DNA from: Blastocladiella emersonii ATCC 22665
Lineage: Eukaryota > Fungi > Blastocladiomycota
DNA length: 64,000 nt
Assembly: GCA_025594325.1 (NCBI GenBank)
Contig: JANHCV010000003.1
Location: 310,001-374,000, forward strand
Direction: 5' to 3'
The notes under the pieces were generated by a model that worked only from the letters and a program-made list of their open reading frames with translations, did no database searches and was not told where the DNA came from. How positions within the stretch are numbered: position 1 is the first letter of the stretch; every line of letters begins with the position of its first letter. Both the position numbers and the translations under genes were made by a program. This document shows, in pieces, positions 11,001 to 22,867 of the stretch.

Positions 11001-14000
11001 TGTCGCGGGCCTGGCGCAGCTCAGCGTCCGCGGTCTCGGCGCGGTCGCGCGCTTTCGCCTCTATGCCCTCGAGCGTCGCGAGCTGCGTCGCGAGCGCCTT
11101 GGCCTGCTTCTGCGCGGCAGCGAGGTCGCGACGCGCGGTGCGCAGCTCGGCCTCGAGGTCCGCCTCGCGGTTGATCCGCGCGGCGTTGGCGTCCTCGAGC
11201 TGTTTCCGGAGCGCCGACGACGTGAGCGACGCCGAGTCGAGTTTCTGGTTGAGCAGCAGCAGGTCGAGCGCCTGCGTCATGGCCGAGGGTTCCGAGACGG
11301 CGGACGTGACGTTAGGCGAGCCCGCGACGGACGTCCCGTTCTCGATCTGCGCGGCGAGGAGCGCGAGCTGGTGGTCCTTGGCGTCGATGACGGCCTCGTG
11401 GTTGCGGATCACGTCGCGCATCGCGGCCGACTCCTCGCGGTACGTCTGCTGGAGGTCCGCGAGCTCGCGCTCGACCTTACGGCGCGCGGCCTGCTCGGCC
11501 TCGACGCGCGCCTCGACCTCGGCGACGGCCGCGTCGCCCCGCCGCCCCGCGTACTCGAGGTCGCCCTTGAGCCGCTGCACCTTGATGTCGTACTCGGCCA
11601 GCAGACTGTTCTTCTCCTTGAGCTTCAAGTTCAGCCGCTCGATCTCGTCCGCGTGTCGCTTCGACCGCGTCCGCTCCGTGCTCAGCTGCGCCTGAGCTTC
11701 GTCCAGCTCGTACCGCAGCTTGCCGAGACCGGGCGAGGACGGCGAGGGCGGTGGACGGACTGACTCGGTCTCGAGGTACAGGACGCGCGACTGCAGCACC
11801 GTGACCTCGTGCGCCGTTTCCGCTTCGCGCGCGAGCGACGCGGCGAGCTTGACCTCGAGGTCGGCGATCGTCGCGGCCATGGACGACGTGGCGGCGGACC
11901 GCGTCGGAGACTCGGGGTCGGGCTTGGGCGCGATGGCCGCGGCCGCGCGAGGAACCGCGGGAGTCGCGGGCGTGACGAGAATGGCCTCGTCTGCTGTCGC
12001 GCTCATCGGCACGACTTGTGGTGCGACAGGAGCCGGCGCCGTGGATGACACGCGAATCTCGACGAGCGGAGCCGCCGCGACCTGCTCCAACAATGGCGGT
12101 GGCGGCGGGATCACGACCGAGAGGCCGAGGCCGATCACGGGCGATGGTTCTTGGACGAGCGCAGGCACAACGACGGGGGTTTTGGGCATCAGCGGCGCTG
12201 GAGCTGCCGAGGACGTAGCGGCGGTGGAAGCCTCGGATGGCAGCTCAGAGGCCGAGTGAATCGACTGTTCATCGACGTCGACTGCCGCTTCCACCGCATC
12301 GGCTGCCACGGTCGGGTCCACGGCAGGCATCGCAACCATATCGATACCGGGAAGCACGATCGGCAGCGTGTCGGGACTAAGATCCGGCGGCCGCGGTCCG
12401 GGCGGCGGTGGCGGGATGAACCCGTACGCCTCGTCGTCAAAGTCGCCGCACGATTCCTCGAGGATTGAGCTCTCGTCAGCGACGCTGCTGGTCTCGGCGC
12501 CGTCGGGAGTCGCCTCCTCGTCGACGGTCGAGCTGTGCGGAGAGGCGGACGGGTCGTCGAGCGGGGCAGGACTGGCCGCCACAGCGAGCGACGCGAGCAG
12601 CGACTGCGCGATGACGGATACGGGAACCGGCGACGACGCGACCAGCTCAGTGGCGCCGGCGGGGTCGGCGGCGGGCTCGTAGTCGTCGCTGGCGAAGCTG
12701 TTGTTGGTGCTGCCCGAGTCACTCGCCTCGAAGAGCAACTGCGATGAGATGGGCGACGAGAACGAGACGCGGCGGTCCTTGGTCGTCGATGCCGCCGTGG
12801 CCGCTGCCGTGGCGGGTGGCGGGCTGGGCGGATCGGGCTCTGGCGCCGGCGCGGGAGGTGCGGCACGGGCGAGCGGCGCGAGAAGCGGAGGCAGCGACGA
12901 CGCAGTCGATTGAGCGGCGACCGGCGGTAGAGCTGTCGCAGCGAGCGGCGCGAGCGGGCCGAGCCGCGGACCGAGAAACGAGGAACCAAGCATCGCGGCG
13001 GTCGCGATTGGCTCAACAATCTCGTCGTCGTGGACCACGACCGAACCCGAGGCCGGAACGCCTTGCTCGGCCGTGTCCGGGAGCAGGTCGAGCGGCGAGT
13101 CGTCGACGTCCAAGACGTCGTGGACGGACTCGGACACGACCTCCTCATCGACCTGCGCAGACTCAGACGCGACCTCGCTCTCGATGGCCTCGGACACTTC
13201 TTCCTCCTCCTCGGTCCGCACCCCATCGTCGCCGCCGTCCGAGTCGAGCAGGTCGTCGATATCAAAGCTGTCCTGCGAGTACCCGCCCTCGTCCTCGTCG
13301 TCCGCGGCATCGCTCGTCGCGTCGTGGTCGGCGCGCGACGCGTCGGTGGACCCGCCGTCGTGGCTCGTCGCGTTGGCTGAGGCGGGCTCGGGAACGACGG
13401 GCAGAGACGCCCCTGGTGCGACCGCAACCTCGCTGTTAGACGCCGAGTTGGAGCGTGACAAGAACCCGGTCACGGCGCCGACGGCGGTGCCGAGCGCGGA
13501 GGTCCAGTTTGGGAGGAGCGACGAGACGGAAGACGACTTCTCGAGCGGCGGCGGCGGTGACGGGTCGAGCGCGAGCGGCGGAGGCGGTGGAGGCGGTGGA
13601 GGCGGGAGCGCGGTCATGGGCTCGGCGAGCGGGGGAAGCGCGGTCGCGGCCGTGGATAGTGGTGGCAAGGGAGGAAGCGTAGCCGCGGATGGCGCAACGG
13701 GTGGTAGTGCAGTCGAGGGAGCAGCGTCGGTCTGGGACGGGAGGTTGAGCGACGTCGACGTCGGGGACTGGTCCGATGGAAGCAGCTCCTCGTCGATGGA
13801 GATGACGTCCGAGCTGAGCGTCGACGCCGACTCGCGGACGCGCGGTAGCGCTGGTCCTGCTGGTGCGACCGGAGCGAGCGCAGCAGCGGTGGCGGGACTC
13901 GGCGCAGCGAGCTCGCTGTCGAGGCCGAGCTCGGCCAGCATGTCGTCGATGCCGACGGAAGACCGGCTGCCGCTGGAACGAGTCGCGAAGGACTGCGAGG

Positions 14001-15514
14001 TGCGGGCGTGGCTGGACTAGAATCCCAGAGCGTCAGAATGTGCTGGCCGCCAGAGCCGCGGCAAACGTACATGAGAGTCCTCGCTGACATCGTCCATGAG
14101 GTTGCCGTAGCTGAACCCCGCCGGTGCCGCGGTTGCCGCCGCCGGAGTACTCGCGACCGACGCATCGGCAACGGACGTCGCCGCGGCCGCCGAGGTCGAG
14201 GGCTCCTCCTCCTCCTCCGAGAACAGCTCCTCGGCCTGCTCGACCGTGACCTCGTGTTGCTTCACGGCGGCCGCTGCCGCCACTTGCGACCGCCCCACCC
14301 CTTCCGAGACCGACATCCCCAAATCCGTCGTCGCGAACATGGACCGTTTCGGAATCGCGCGCGCGGCCTCGACCGAGAGCGTCTTGAGGGTCATGTACTC
14401 CTTGAGCTGTTCGTTGTTGGACAGGTAGTCGAGCGGGAGGTTGCCCGCGCGGTCGACGCGCATCGGGTCCGCGCCGTGGTCGACGAGCGCGCGGCACACG
14501 GAGTCGAGCTGCAGCTCGCACGCGAGGTGCAGCGGGGTCCGGTCGGCGGCGGCGTCGGGCGCGTTCACGTCTGGGAACGGCGCCTCGATCAGCGCGACGG
14601 CGGCGGCTGGGCGGCCCAGGCGCAGGGCGAAATGTAGGTACGTGTCTCCGTTCTGGGGGCGGATGAGGTTAGAGCTGGTGGCGGGTATCGTGGGCAAGGG
14701 AGAAAGGTAGCGTACTGAGGTGTGCTGCTCGAGATCGGGGCCGCGCTGGAGCAGGTTCTGGACCGTGTCGACGTCGTCGTTGAAGATGGCGTAGTGCAGC
14801 GGCGTGTAGCCAAACTAGAAGGTGACGGGCGAGGTGGTCAGTCGAGCGACCGTGGTGGCTGCGGGTCCGCGTACCCCGTCGGTCGCGTCCACGTTGGTGT
14901 TGGGCTGCCGCAGCAGGACGTCCTGGAGGTCGATGCGCTTGGCGAGGGCGAGCTATACGATCGAGTCGAGTCGGAAGGTCAAAAGCGAGCCATCGCGGCC
15001 TCGAACAGGATATACGAACGTAGTGCAGCGCCGTCCTTCCATGCCCATCCGCAAGATTCACATCGATCGTCGCGTGCCCGACCGAAAGAAGCGTCTGAAA
15101 CTCCTCACACGTCCCGTACAGCGCGGCGTAGTGGATCGGGCCCTTGCGGTTCTCCTTGTCGGGCTTGTTGATCTTGCCGAGCTTCTTCTCGACGAGCTCG
15201 CGCAGGTACGGTGCGTGCTGCACGATGGCCATGGCGATGGCGGCTTTGCTGCCCCTGGTCGGGAGCAGCAGCGCCTCGTTGGGCGTCACGCGCGCCAGGT
15301 CGAGCGACTTGACGGTGGCGCTGCCGCTCGCGGTGCTGCGCGCTTCAGAGTGCGCGGACGAGTCCGAGTGCGTGGACCGGTTCGACGGTGCGGCGCCGGT
15401 GCGGCGGCCGAAGAAGGAGAAGCCGCTGGTGCTGCTCGGGCTCGTGGGGCGCGGCTCGGCGGCGACGGTGGCCGGGTCCGCGCTGGCGGCGGCCGCGCTC
15501 TTACGGCGAAACAT
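8077..15514 (-). CDS. Large protein with N-terminal ankyrin repeats, an acidic/Pro-rich linker and a very long coiled coil
   Basis: Ankyrin motifs (GPIHYAALYG, GRTALHY, GYTPLHYA, GDTYLHFA, RTPLHLAC) lie in small exons at 14.1-15.5 kb. They splice in frame through four short introns onto the 1954-aa ORF 8077-13941. The start is in ccaccaccATG context. Confidence 0.85.
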
Positions 15515-15884
15515 GGTGGTGGCGAGTAGTGTCTAGTCAATGTGCAAGGAGTCGCTTCATGGAGTGTGCGTGGGTGGGCGAGTTGCGAGTCCTGAGGGTG
15601 CTTGAGGGCAACGGCAAGGAGGCGTGCCCGCGCGACGCGTCGACGCGATCTGCTGTCTCGCACCCGCTCGCTCGCACGTGGTGGCGGAGAAAACTCGGGG
15701 TCGGTTCGTCGCGTCGCGTTTCAAAGCGTGCGAGACGCGGCAACCAAACCAGTGAGGTCAGCTGACGCTGCGGCGCAGCCTGTGAGACAGAATTTTCGAG
15801 GTCGATCGTCTTCACCTTGCGGGGAAGAAATCATCCATTGCGCGACGCTACGCACCTTTACGAATCGAATAACTCGCAGCAACC

Positions 15885-16970
15885 ATGAAAGTCAAGCGCC
15901 AGAAGACGTGCCGGCGGCTCATGCAGCTGTACTGCTCGTCGTTCAACTTTCGCGAGCCGTACCAGCTGGTTGGTGCGTGTTCTCGGCAAGACTCGATGAT
16001 GTGATGGAGTCAGTCGCTCATGCGAAGCTTAAGTGTAGCCGATGGCACGTTCGTGAACGTGGCGCTCAAGTTCCGGATCGACATCCGGACGCTGATCCCG
16101 ACGACGCTGGCGGCCGAGGTCAAGGTGTTCACGACGCCTTGCGTGATCAACGAGCTGCGGCAGCTGGGCGAGGAGTACATGGGCGCGGTCCTCGCCTCCA
16201 AGCGCTTCGAGTCGCGGCGGTGCGGGCACGCGCACGGGACGTCGGCGCACGAGTGCCTGCGCGACCTGATCGGCACCGACAATCCGCACCACCTCATGGT
16301 CGGCACCCAGGACAAGGCCCTGCGCGCGCACCTGCGCACGGTCCCCGGCACCCCGCTCATGTACCTCAGCTCCAGCGTGCTCGTCCTCGAGCCGCACAGC
16401 GCCGAGACGCTCGCGCACGTCGAGACCGCTGAGAAGGTCAAGACGGGTCCCTCCGAGATCGAGCGCAAGCGTCTCGCTCACATGATGACCGTCACCAGCG
16501 ACACCGCCGCCGGCGCCGCGGGCGTCGACGTGTCCCGCCCCGCGATGCCCGCGCGACGCAAGGCAAAGGGCCCGAACCCGCTCGCGGTCCAGAAGAAGAA
16601 GAAGCAGCCCACGCCACCAGCGCCGACCAAGGCCGCGGGTAAGAAGGCGGCCAAGAGCAAGGAGGCTGACGCTGCCGAGTCGGGCAACGAGTCGTCCTCG
16701 GACGCGCCCGCGGCGGGGACCAAGCGCAAGCGCGACGACGCCGAGGCCGAGTCCGCGCCTGCCCCCGTCGAGACCGAGTCTGCTGCGGCTGCCGACGACG
16801 CCGCGGAAGCCGATGGCGAGGCCGATGGCGAGGGCGAGGGCCCGTCCAAGAAGCGGCGGCGGCACAAGAACAAGAACCAGAAGAAGAAGAAGAAGCTGCT
16901 GCGCGAGCTCGCGGCCGAGGGCGAGTCGGGCGAGGCCGCTGTGGCGGCTGGCGACGACGGGGACGCGTGA
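15885..16970 (+). CDS. UTP23: rRNA-processing PIN-domain protein Utp23 (Fcf1 family)
   Basis: MKVKRQK..FNFREPYQLV joined to ADGTFV by intron 15973-16038; TTPCVINEL, RRCGH, GTQDKALR..VPGTP; Lys-rich tail. Confidence 0.92.
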
Positions 16971-17337
16971 TACACGAGGCAATATTAATACATTCATTCA
17001 TACCTCGCTCGACTGATCTCTTCGGTGATCGAGAACTTGGCCGTGATGTCACCCGGCGCGCCTCGTGAGCGACTTGCAAACGCTTTTCACGCGCATAAGC
17101 GCCGAAACGCCCACGACGCCTCCGCCTCGCCGGCCACCGACCCCGCTCGCTGCCCAGGCGCGTCGTCCCTTCCCCCTCCTCCTTAACGCTGTTGGTCCCT
17201 GCAGGGCAAGCCGATCCACGCACTCTCGCTTGCTGCAACGTAATCAACAACCCCCTACCGACTGTGGCGCGCCGCTCGCCACCTCCCCCGACAAGAACCC
17301 GCGAGACCCTGCCAGATCGACCCGCCGCGCGCACTCG

Positions 17338-19863
17338 ATGAGCGCCGTGACCAACCCCGCGTCGCTGCTGTTCGGCGGCTCGCCCGCCGCGCACCGCGCG
17401 CTCAAGGGCGTGTCGGGCGCCGCGCTCGCGTCCGCCGTCCTGTACGCGCTGCGCCAGACCATGAAGAGCCAGCGGCGACCCGCCAACGCCAGCGCGTCGG
17501 CGTCCAAGCCGCCCGCCGACTCGGTCGACCCGAACGCGCCCGAGATGGCCGCGCGGTTCGCGACGCTGCCGCCGCCGGGCCACCGCGTCGCCGTCAACGG
17601 CGAGTTCTTCCGCCAGCTGCGCGCGGTCCTGACCGTGTGCATCCCGGGCCTGCGGTCCAAGGAGGTGCTGCTGCTCGCCCTGCAGACGGCGTTCCTGCTG
17701 CTGCGCACCTACCTGTCGGTCGTCGTGGCGCGCATCGACGGCCGGATCGTGCGCGACCTCGTCGCCGCCAACGGCAAGGAGTTCCTGCGCGGGCTCGGCT
17801 ACTGGTTCGCGATCGCGCTGCCCGCGACCTACACCAACGCCATGATCCGGTACCTGCAGTCCAAGATCTCGATTGCGCTGCGCACGCGGCTCATGCGCTA
17901 CGTCAACGCGCTGTACCTCGACAAGAACCAGGCCTACTACCGCCTGCTCAACCTCGACAACCGCATCGAGTCGCCCGACCAGTACATTGTCACGGACGTG
18001 GCCCGCTTCTGCGACGGCTTCGCCAACATGATCTCGTCCGTCGGGAAACCGCTCATCGACCTCATCATCTTCAACGTCCAGCTCGCCAACCACATTGGCT
18101 GGATCGGCATGACGGGACTCTTCGTCAACTACGTGATCACCGCGCGCCTTCTCCGCGCCGTCACGCCCGCGTTCGGCCGACTCGCCGCTACCGAGGCCAA
18201 GCTCGAGGGCGACTTCCGCACCGCACACACCCGCCTCACGCTCAACGCCGAGGAGATTTGCTTCTACAACGGCGAGGCCCGCGAGCACTCGCTCCTCAAC
18301 GACGCCTACCTCCGCCTCGTCAAGCACGTCAACACCATCTACAAGGCAAGGATCGGGTACGAGACGGTCGAGGGGCTCATCATCAAGGTACGGTTTTCGG
18401 TTGCTCGGACCCGCCGCCGCTCCGACTGACCCACAGCGTCTCTGACCGATTGTAGTACGGCTGGTCCATGGTCGGCATGGGCGTCTCGGCGCTCCCCGTC
18501 TTCCTCCCCGAATACGCCGGCCAGGGCAGCCGCCGCCGCTCCGCCTCGTCCTCGCCTGCGACCACTGCCGCGTCGTCCGTCTCCGAGGACGCGGACGCAA
18601 CCGCGACCAACATCGGGTCCATTTCGGCCGTCGACGCCATGCTGCACGGCAGCAGCAACATGCCCGAGGCCCCCGCGTCGTCGTCCTCGGTGGCCCCGCG
18701 CGCCGCGCGCGACCACACCCAGTCGTTCATCACCAACAAGCGCCTGCTGCTGTCGCTCGCCGACGCGGGCGGCCGCATCATGTTCAGTCTCAAGGAAGCC
18801 GCCGAGCTCGCGGGCTACACGTCGCGCGTCTACTCGCTGCTCTCGGTCCTGCACGGCGTGCACAACGCCGAGTACCCCGCGGCGTCGGACCCGTCCATCG
18901 AGCACTCGCTGGCGGCGGTGCACGGCACCGTGACGTCCGTCGCCGAGCCGACGCTGCGGCTGCAGGACGTGGACGTGGTGGTGCCGAACCCGAACGGCGG
19001 CGCGGGCACGCCGCTCGTCGAGGGCCTGTCGCTCGAGCTCAAGCGCGGCGACCACCTGCTGATCCAGGGCGGCAACGGCCGCGGCAAGACGAGTATCGCG
19101 CGGCTCGTGCGCGGCCTGTGGCCGCTGTACGAGGGCACGCTCACCAAGCCCCGCGACGAGGATATCTTCTACATCCCGCAGCGGCCGTACCTCGTCCTCG
19201 GCACGCTCCGCGACCAGGTCATCTACCCCGACTCGGTCGACCAGATGCGCGCCAAGGGCGTCACGGACGCGGATCTCGTCCGGATCCTCGAGCTCGTCCA
19301 TCTCGCGTACCTTCCGGGGCGCGAGGGTGGGTGGGATACCGTGAAGGAGTACGTGTTTCGAGGATTTCTTGCGTCACCGAAGGTTTGACGACTGACTTTT
19401 GCCGTGTTTAGGTGGAAGGACGTGTGTAGTGGCGGCGAGAAGCAGCGGCTCAACATGGCACGCGTGTTCTATCACCGGCGTCCATTCTGCATTATTGACG
19501 AGGGAACTTCGGCTGTGAGTCCCGATGTCGAGGGCTTGATGGTACGTACCGCTCAATATCTCTCGGATACGTCCAGAACGCTCATCCGGACCTCCCCGCG
19601 CCGTCCCGTAGTACGCGAGCGCCAAGGAAATGGGCATCACCCTGATCACCATCTCCCATCGGCCGGCCCTCGCCAAGTACCACCGCATGGTGCTCAAGAT
19701 CAAGGACGACGGATCCTACGAGGTCACGCAGACGGGTACCGCCGAGGAGGCCATGTCGCTCGAGGCCGAGATCAAGGCGCTCGAGGAACGCATCCGCGAC
19801 CTCCCGCGCCACAAGCAGCGCCTCGAGGAGGTCAATGTCGAGCTCGGGTTGTCGGCGCACTAG
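17338..19863 (+). CDS. PXA1: Peroxisomal ABCD half-transporter, Pxa1-like
   Basis: EAA-like region ([23 protein letters not shown]), [17 protein letters not shown] typical of fungal Pxa1, Walker [23 protein letters not shown] and IIDEGTSA. Introns at 18388-18455, 19349-19411 and about 19542-19610. Confidence 0.93.
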
Positions 19864-20371
19864 ATGTGGAGATGGGAAGGATTTGGTGGGGTGTGCGATG
19901 ATATACACCCTGTGGAACTGCGACGTGACTTGGTTGGAGCGAGGCGCGTTGGCCGCCGCCAGCTCGCGGTGATCCCGGTCGCTCATCTTTCGCGCCGCGC
20001 TCGGTTGCAAAGCAAAGGCGGGCGTTGATGCATCTTTCATGACGCTCGGTACTTGAGTTCCAGAGATCCGTGAGGATCGAGTCGCCGGGTGGTGGAGAGG
20101 AAGAAAAGTGTTGCGCAAGGTCACGCCGCATGAGCGGCGCGTCGTCGCGAGCGGATCGTTCGCAACGTACTGCTGCTCAACCGATGAGAACAAAGAGGCA
20201 GGCACAGGAGCGGGAAACGTAGTCCCCATAGGCGATACGGATCGAGCATATGCGAGCCGCATCGATACAGTGTACATGCGGGGATGGGAGCGGGGGCTTG
20301 TGGCAGCCGGGAGGCTGGTGGCAGCGTTGGCATCCCCTGCGCTTCCGTCCACCGACTTCGCTTTCTCTCGC

Positions 20372-21622
20372 ATGCTTCAAAGCCCGAGCGACGAAACTAT
20401 TCACCACTCCATGCATCTCGATCTTGTGGAAGACATTCTGCTCTTCGCTACGGCGGCCACTTTGCGCGTCCACGGCCACAGCAATGCTGCCTGCAGCTGC
20501 CTCTGCCGGGAGTTAGACGAGACCGGGCGGAGCAAGGCCATCGCCAAACGCTGCTGGTGCCTTAACGCTCCGGCTCGAAGGATTGAGCGCGAGCTGCGTG
20601 CGTACCTATGCGTAGCACCTGGGCTCGTGCGTCTCCAGAGCTTCATCAAACCACTGTTCCCTAGTATGCAGCCGTTCCACGCGTATTCCGACGATCGGCC
20701 TGATAGGATTCACGCGCTCCGGATGCGTTGCGGCTGCTGAATGCAACGAGCGGACACCCCGCACAGTTGCTACGGTCCGAGTTTCAATGATGAGATTGAG
20801 CTCATCAACGCTGCTGCCCGTAGCGGGCGGCCCCGCGTTCTTGGCGACTTGTTCGCCAACCCGCCACGACAACTGGTGACAGTTCTCCGCAACGTCGTCA
20901 AGGAGGCGATGCGCATGGATCGAATCGATGTGCTTGAACTTTGGTTGCAGCACGCTCACCGCGACCTCACCGAAAATTGGCAAGACTACGTCTGGGTCGC
21001 TGGGCAGCACGCAGATACCACCGCTGCGCTCGACTGGTGGAACTCGGCCGCCAGCGCAAGCTTTCCGCTTACTGACTTGCAGTGGACCTGGAGTTTCAGT
21101 GTCAGCGGGTGGACCAACAGTCTCGGCTGGTGGGCCAAACATTATCCCAAGTCGGTCCGCTACTCGGAAGCCGCTCTCGACCTGAACAGCTGCTGCGGGC
21201 AAGACGATGCGGTCCGTTGGTGGCTTCTCGAGGCTGGCCTCGAACCCAAGTATACCGCCAGAGCTCTTGACGACGCAGCCAGGTGGGGACACCTCGGCGT
21301 GGTCAAGGTTTGGTTCAAGTCTGGCATCAAGCTCAAGTACACGTCGACTGCTTTTCTGACTACGGCTCAGAACGCGGAGAATATGGTCGACATTCTCGAG
21401 CTTTGGTGGCAGTCCGCGTACCTCGATCCACGCACCAACTACATCCTGTGTGCGCCGCACGCCAACCGCATGGATAGCGGCATCTCCAAGGACCTCCCGC
21501 TGCCGGTTTCTAAGGCCGCGGCTACTACAGCCACACCTCGACTCGCCATGCCCGTGCTCTCTGCATCACTATGGGAGGTAGCACGCTTAGCAGCTCCACC
21601 CTTCTTGTCGCGACGACGGTGA
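20372..21622 (+). pseudogene. Ankyrin-like repeat protein (YS/YT..ALD.A..W..WW type) with an F-box-like N-terminus, interrupted by an in-frame TGA
   Basis: ORFs 20108-20740 and 20741-21622 share a frame and are separated only by TGA 20738-20740. The downstream part has repeats such as YSEAALDLNSCCGQDDAVRWW and YTARALDDAARWGHLGVVKVWFKSGIKLKY. The upstream part has MHLDLVEDILLFA. Confidence 0.55.
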
Positions 21623-21989
21623 CCGCTGGCCACACCGCGCCGTCCTGTCCGACCTGTACTCGGTTCTCGAGGGGTCAACACTCGGGCTCACCTAGTTCCT
21701 CATGTTGCTGCTCGACTACTTGTCCATCAATCGTTCTCCTTCGTTGCTCTCAATATCCTGCTCCGCGGCGACGCCGCATGACTCGCCTACTCGCTGTACT
21801 CTCACCTTCCCACCAACGTTTCCGGTCTGTCTATCGCCGGCCCCGTTGCCGCGTCATCCTTCGATTACATCCTCGCCATCACCACCCCGACGGTCGCCTT
21901 CTGCTTCACCGTTCTGTCCGCACTGCGCCACTCGCGGCCCACCAACGTTGGCTCGGCCATCTCGGACATCCACAACGGTCACGACGCGC

Positions 21990-22809
21990 GCGCGACTCGA
22001 CCGTCCCTGACTCGGACATCGGGACCCTCGTCCCCAACTACTTCAATAACCTCATGTCGGATCCTGAGACCAACTGGAGCGGCGATGACAGCGTGACCGT
22101 GTCGGGTTGCACCGCCACCATGACCAACTCGACCTGCATCGCCACGCTGGCTTCGGCCCTCTCGTAGTCGGTTCTCGGCCAGAACGTCAAGTCGGTGACC
22201 GAGCCCTAGTTCAAGGTGCTGCCCCAGCTCCCGATCAAGAGCGACATCCCCGCGCGCAACATCGTTTCGCGCCCCACCACCCCGACTGAGCTCGCCGCTG
22301 ACGCCAGTCTCGCGCAGTCGTCAACGAGCTCGGTGCCTCCGACCATCCTGCGCAAAAGCAACAACTCCAAGTCAACGGAGCTGCTCGACGTCAACGCCAC
22401 GCTGCCGCCCGCCATCACGATCCCGACCTACGGCCTCGTCTCGCGCCCCGCCACCCAGACTAGCGGTCTAGACATCAACGTGTCCGTGATCATCTCCAAG
22501 AACTTCACCGACGTCTACGAGACCGACCGCGGCTCGGACATAAGACTGACGGGAACCAGCCCTGCTTTGAGACCCGCGCCGCTGCCTTGAGCGGCCTGCT
22601 GTCGTTCTTGGCCCTGATCAACAACGGCACTAAGATCTCGCCCACGACCGCCTTCTGCGTGTTCGTTCCCGCCCTTCACCACCCGCTCAGCCACCCGCTG
22701 GCGCCTGCGCACGAGGCCGCGCTCGCCCCTCCGGCCCGCGCCATCAAGAAGACCAAGAAGTCGGCGACGGTACACGTTTCCAGCAACATCGGTCGCCAGT
22801 CTTTACCAG
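21990..22809 (+). pseudogene. Degenerate 5' coding exons of a hypothetical gene
   Basis: A coding-like frame (VPDSDIGTLVPNYFNNLMSDPETNWSG..LPQLPIKSDIP) is broken by in-frame TAG at 22165 and 22207 and by frameshifts. It ends at a canonical intron 22810-22867 (gtacgc..ctgac..tag). Confidence 0.5.
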
Positions 22810-22867
22810 GTACGCTCGTTCGGGCCTGTGCGCTGGTCCCGAACCCAAACTGACAATTGATTTCTAG

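Noticed and set aside
20738-20740. Selenocysteine at the in-frame TGA after Cys-Gly-Cys
   Set aside because: The context is an ankyrin-like repeat protein, not a known redox selenoprotein family, and no SECIS could be recognised. A nonsense mutation is simpler.
22165-22209. TAG reassigned to Gln as in some aphelids
   Set aside because: TAG terminates apparently intact genes here (PXA1, CCDC78-like), and in-frame TAGs co-occur with frameshifts.
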